The notes beneath the pieces are model-generated. The model ran no database searches. It was not told the origin of the DNA and worked only from the letters and a program-made list of their open reading frames with translations. Positions 47,144 to 47,299 of a DNA stretch of 47,299 nt are shown piece by piece. The stretch lies in assembly GCA_043814095.1 (NCBI GenBank), contig JBDRKI010000001.1, positions 1 through 47,299 of the forward strand, in the 5' to 3' direction. The first letter of the stretch is position 1. Every line of letters begins with the position of its first letter. This DNA comes from Armatimonadota bacterium (GTDB lineage Bacteria > Vulcanimicrobiota > JACPDS01 > JBDRKI01). Made by a program: the position numbers and the translations under genes.

Positions 47144-47299
47144 TGCTTTACCGGGAAAATGTCATTTAAGAATTAAAAGTGCACACTTTTAATGGGATTT
47201 AAAGTTTAAAAGTGCACACCTAAAAAGCTATAATTTAAAGTAAAAAACAAGGGGGATTTAAATTATGGCTCAGTTACACAAAAAATTCACAGACGACCA
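47138..47299 (+). mobile_element. Possible left end of an insertion sequence (IS481/ISNCY-like), truncated by the window
   Basis: TGTCAA...GAAAATGTCA terminus-like sequence, subterminal repeats, and an ORF start resembling transposase N-termini (from recall only). Confidence 0.35.
47265..47299 (+). CDS. 5' end of a gene (MAQLHKKFTDD...), possibly a transposase
   Basis: ATG at 47265 preceded by GGGGGA and TATAAT (47229); only 11 codons visible. Confidence 0.45.
   Translation, partial: MAQLHKKFTDD

Overview
AT-rich bacterial chromosomal segment; the lineage cannot be determined from the sequence alone. The backbone is housekeeping: DUF366-queC-queD, a phosphohexomutase, hutU, mfd, a HIT hydrolase, dprA, topA-hslV-mutS-(GGDEF)-mutL-miaA-hfq-dapF, and rplJ-rplL with an L10 leader attenuator. 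The most notable content is an apparently uncharacterised chaperone-usher-like fimbrial system. It comprises a 949-aa usher-like protein, a chaperone-like protein, one accessory exported protein, and six paralogous ~160-aa exported 'Y(A/S/V)(I/V)(T/S)(T/S)(N/S)...(I/V/L)T(L/F)T(L/I)TD' subunits. These subunits resemble CFA/I/CS1-class pilins; four lie at 5.6-11.9 kb and a mosaic tandem pair sits between dprA and topA. Two recurring promoter motifs, each about 39 bp upstream of a TATAAT, suggest two regulons: a 16-bp TACYCCWTTWGA.. box (tandem pilins plus an orphan) and 11-bp-periodic GTTAAC repeats (three orphan loci). Other items: a candidate structured sRNA inside the pilin cluster, two degenerate TM-GAF-GGDEF proteins, a lethal-factor-like zinc peptidase, a YefM/RelE toxin-antitoxin pair with a periodic operator, a P-loop/fused DPD-like/SsnA catabolic operon, and a probable IS end at the right edge. 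No rRNA, tRNA or CRISPR array was seen.
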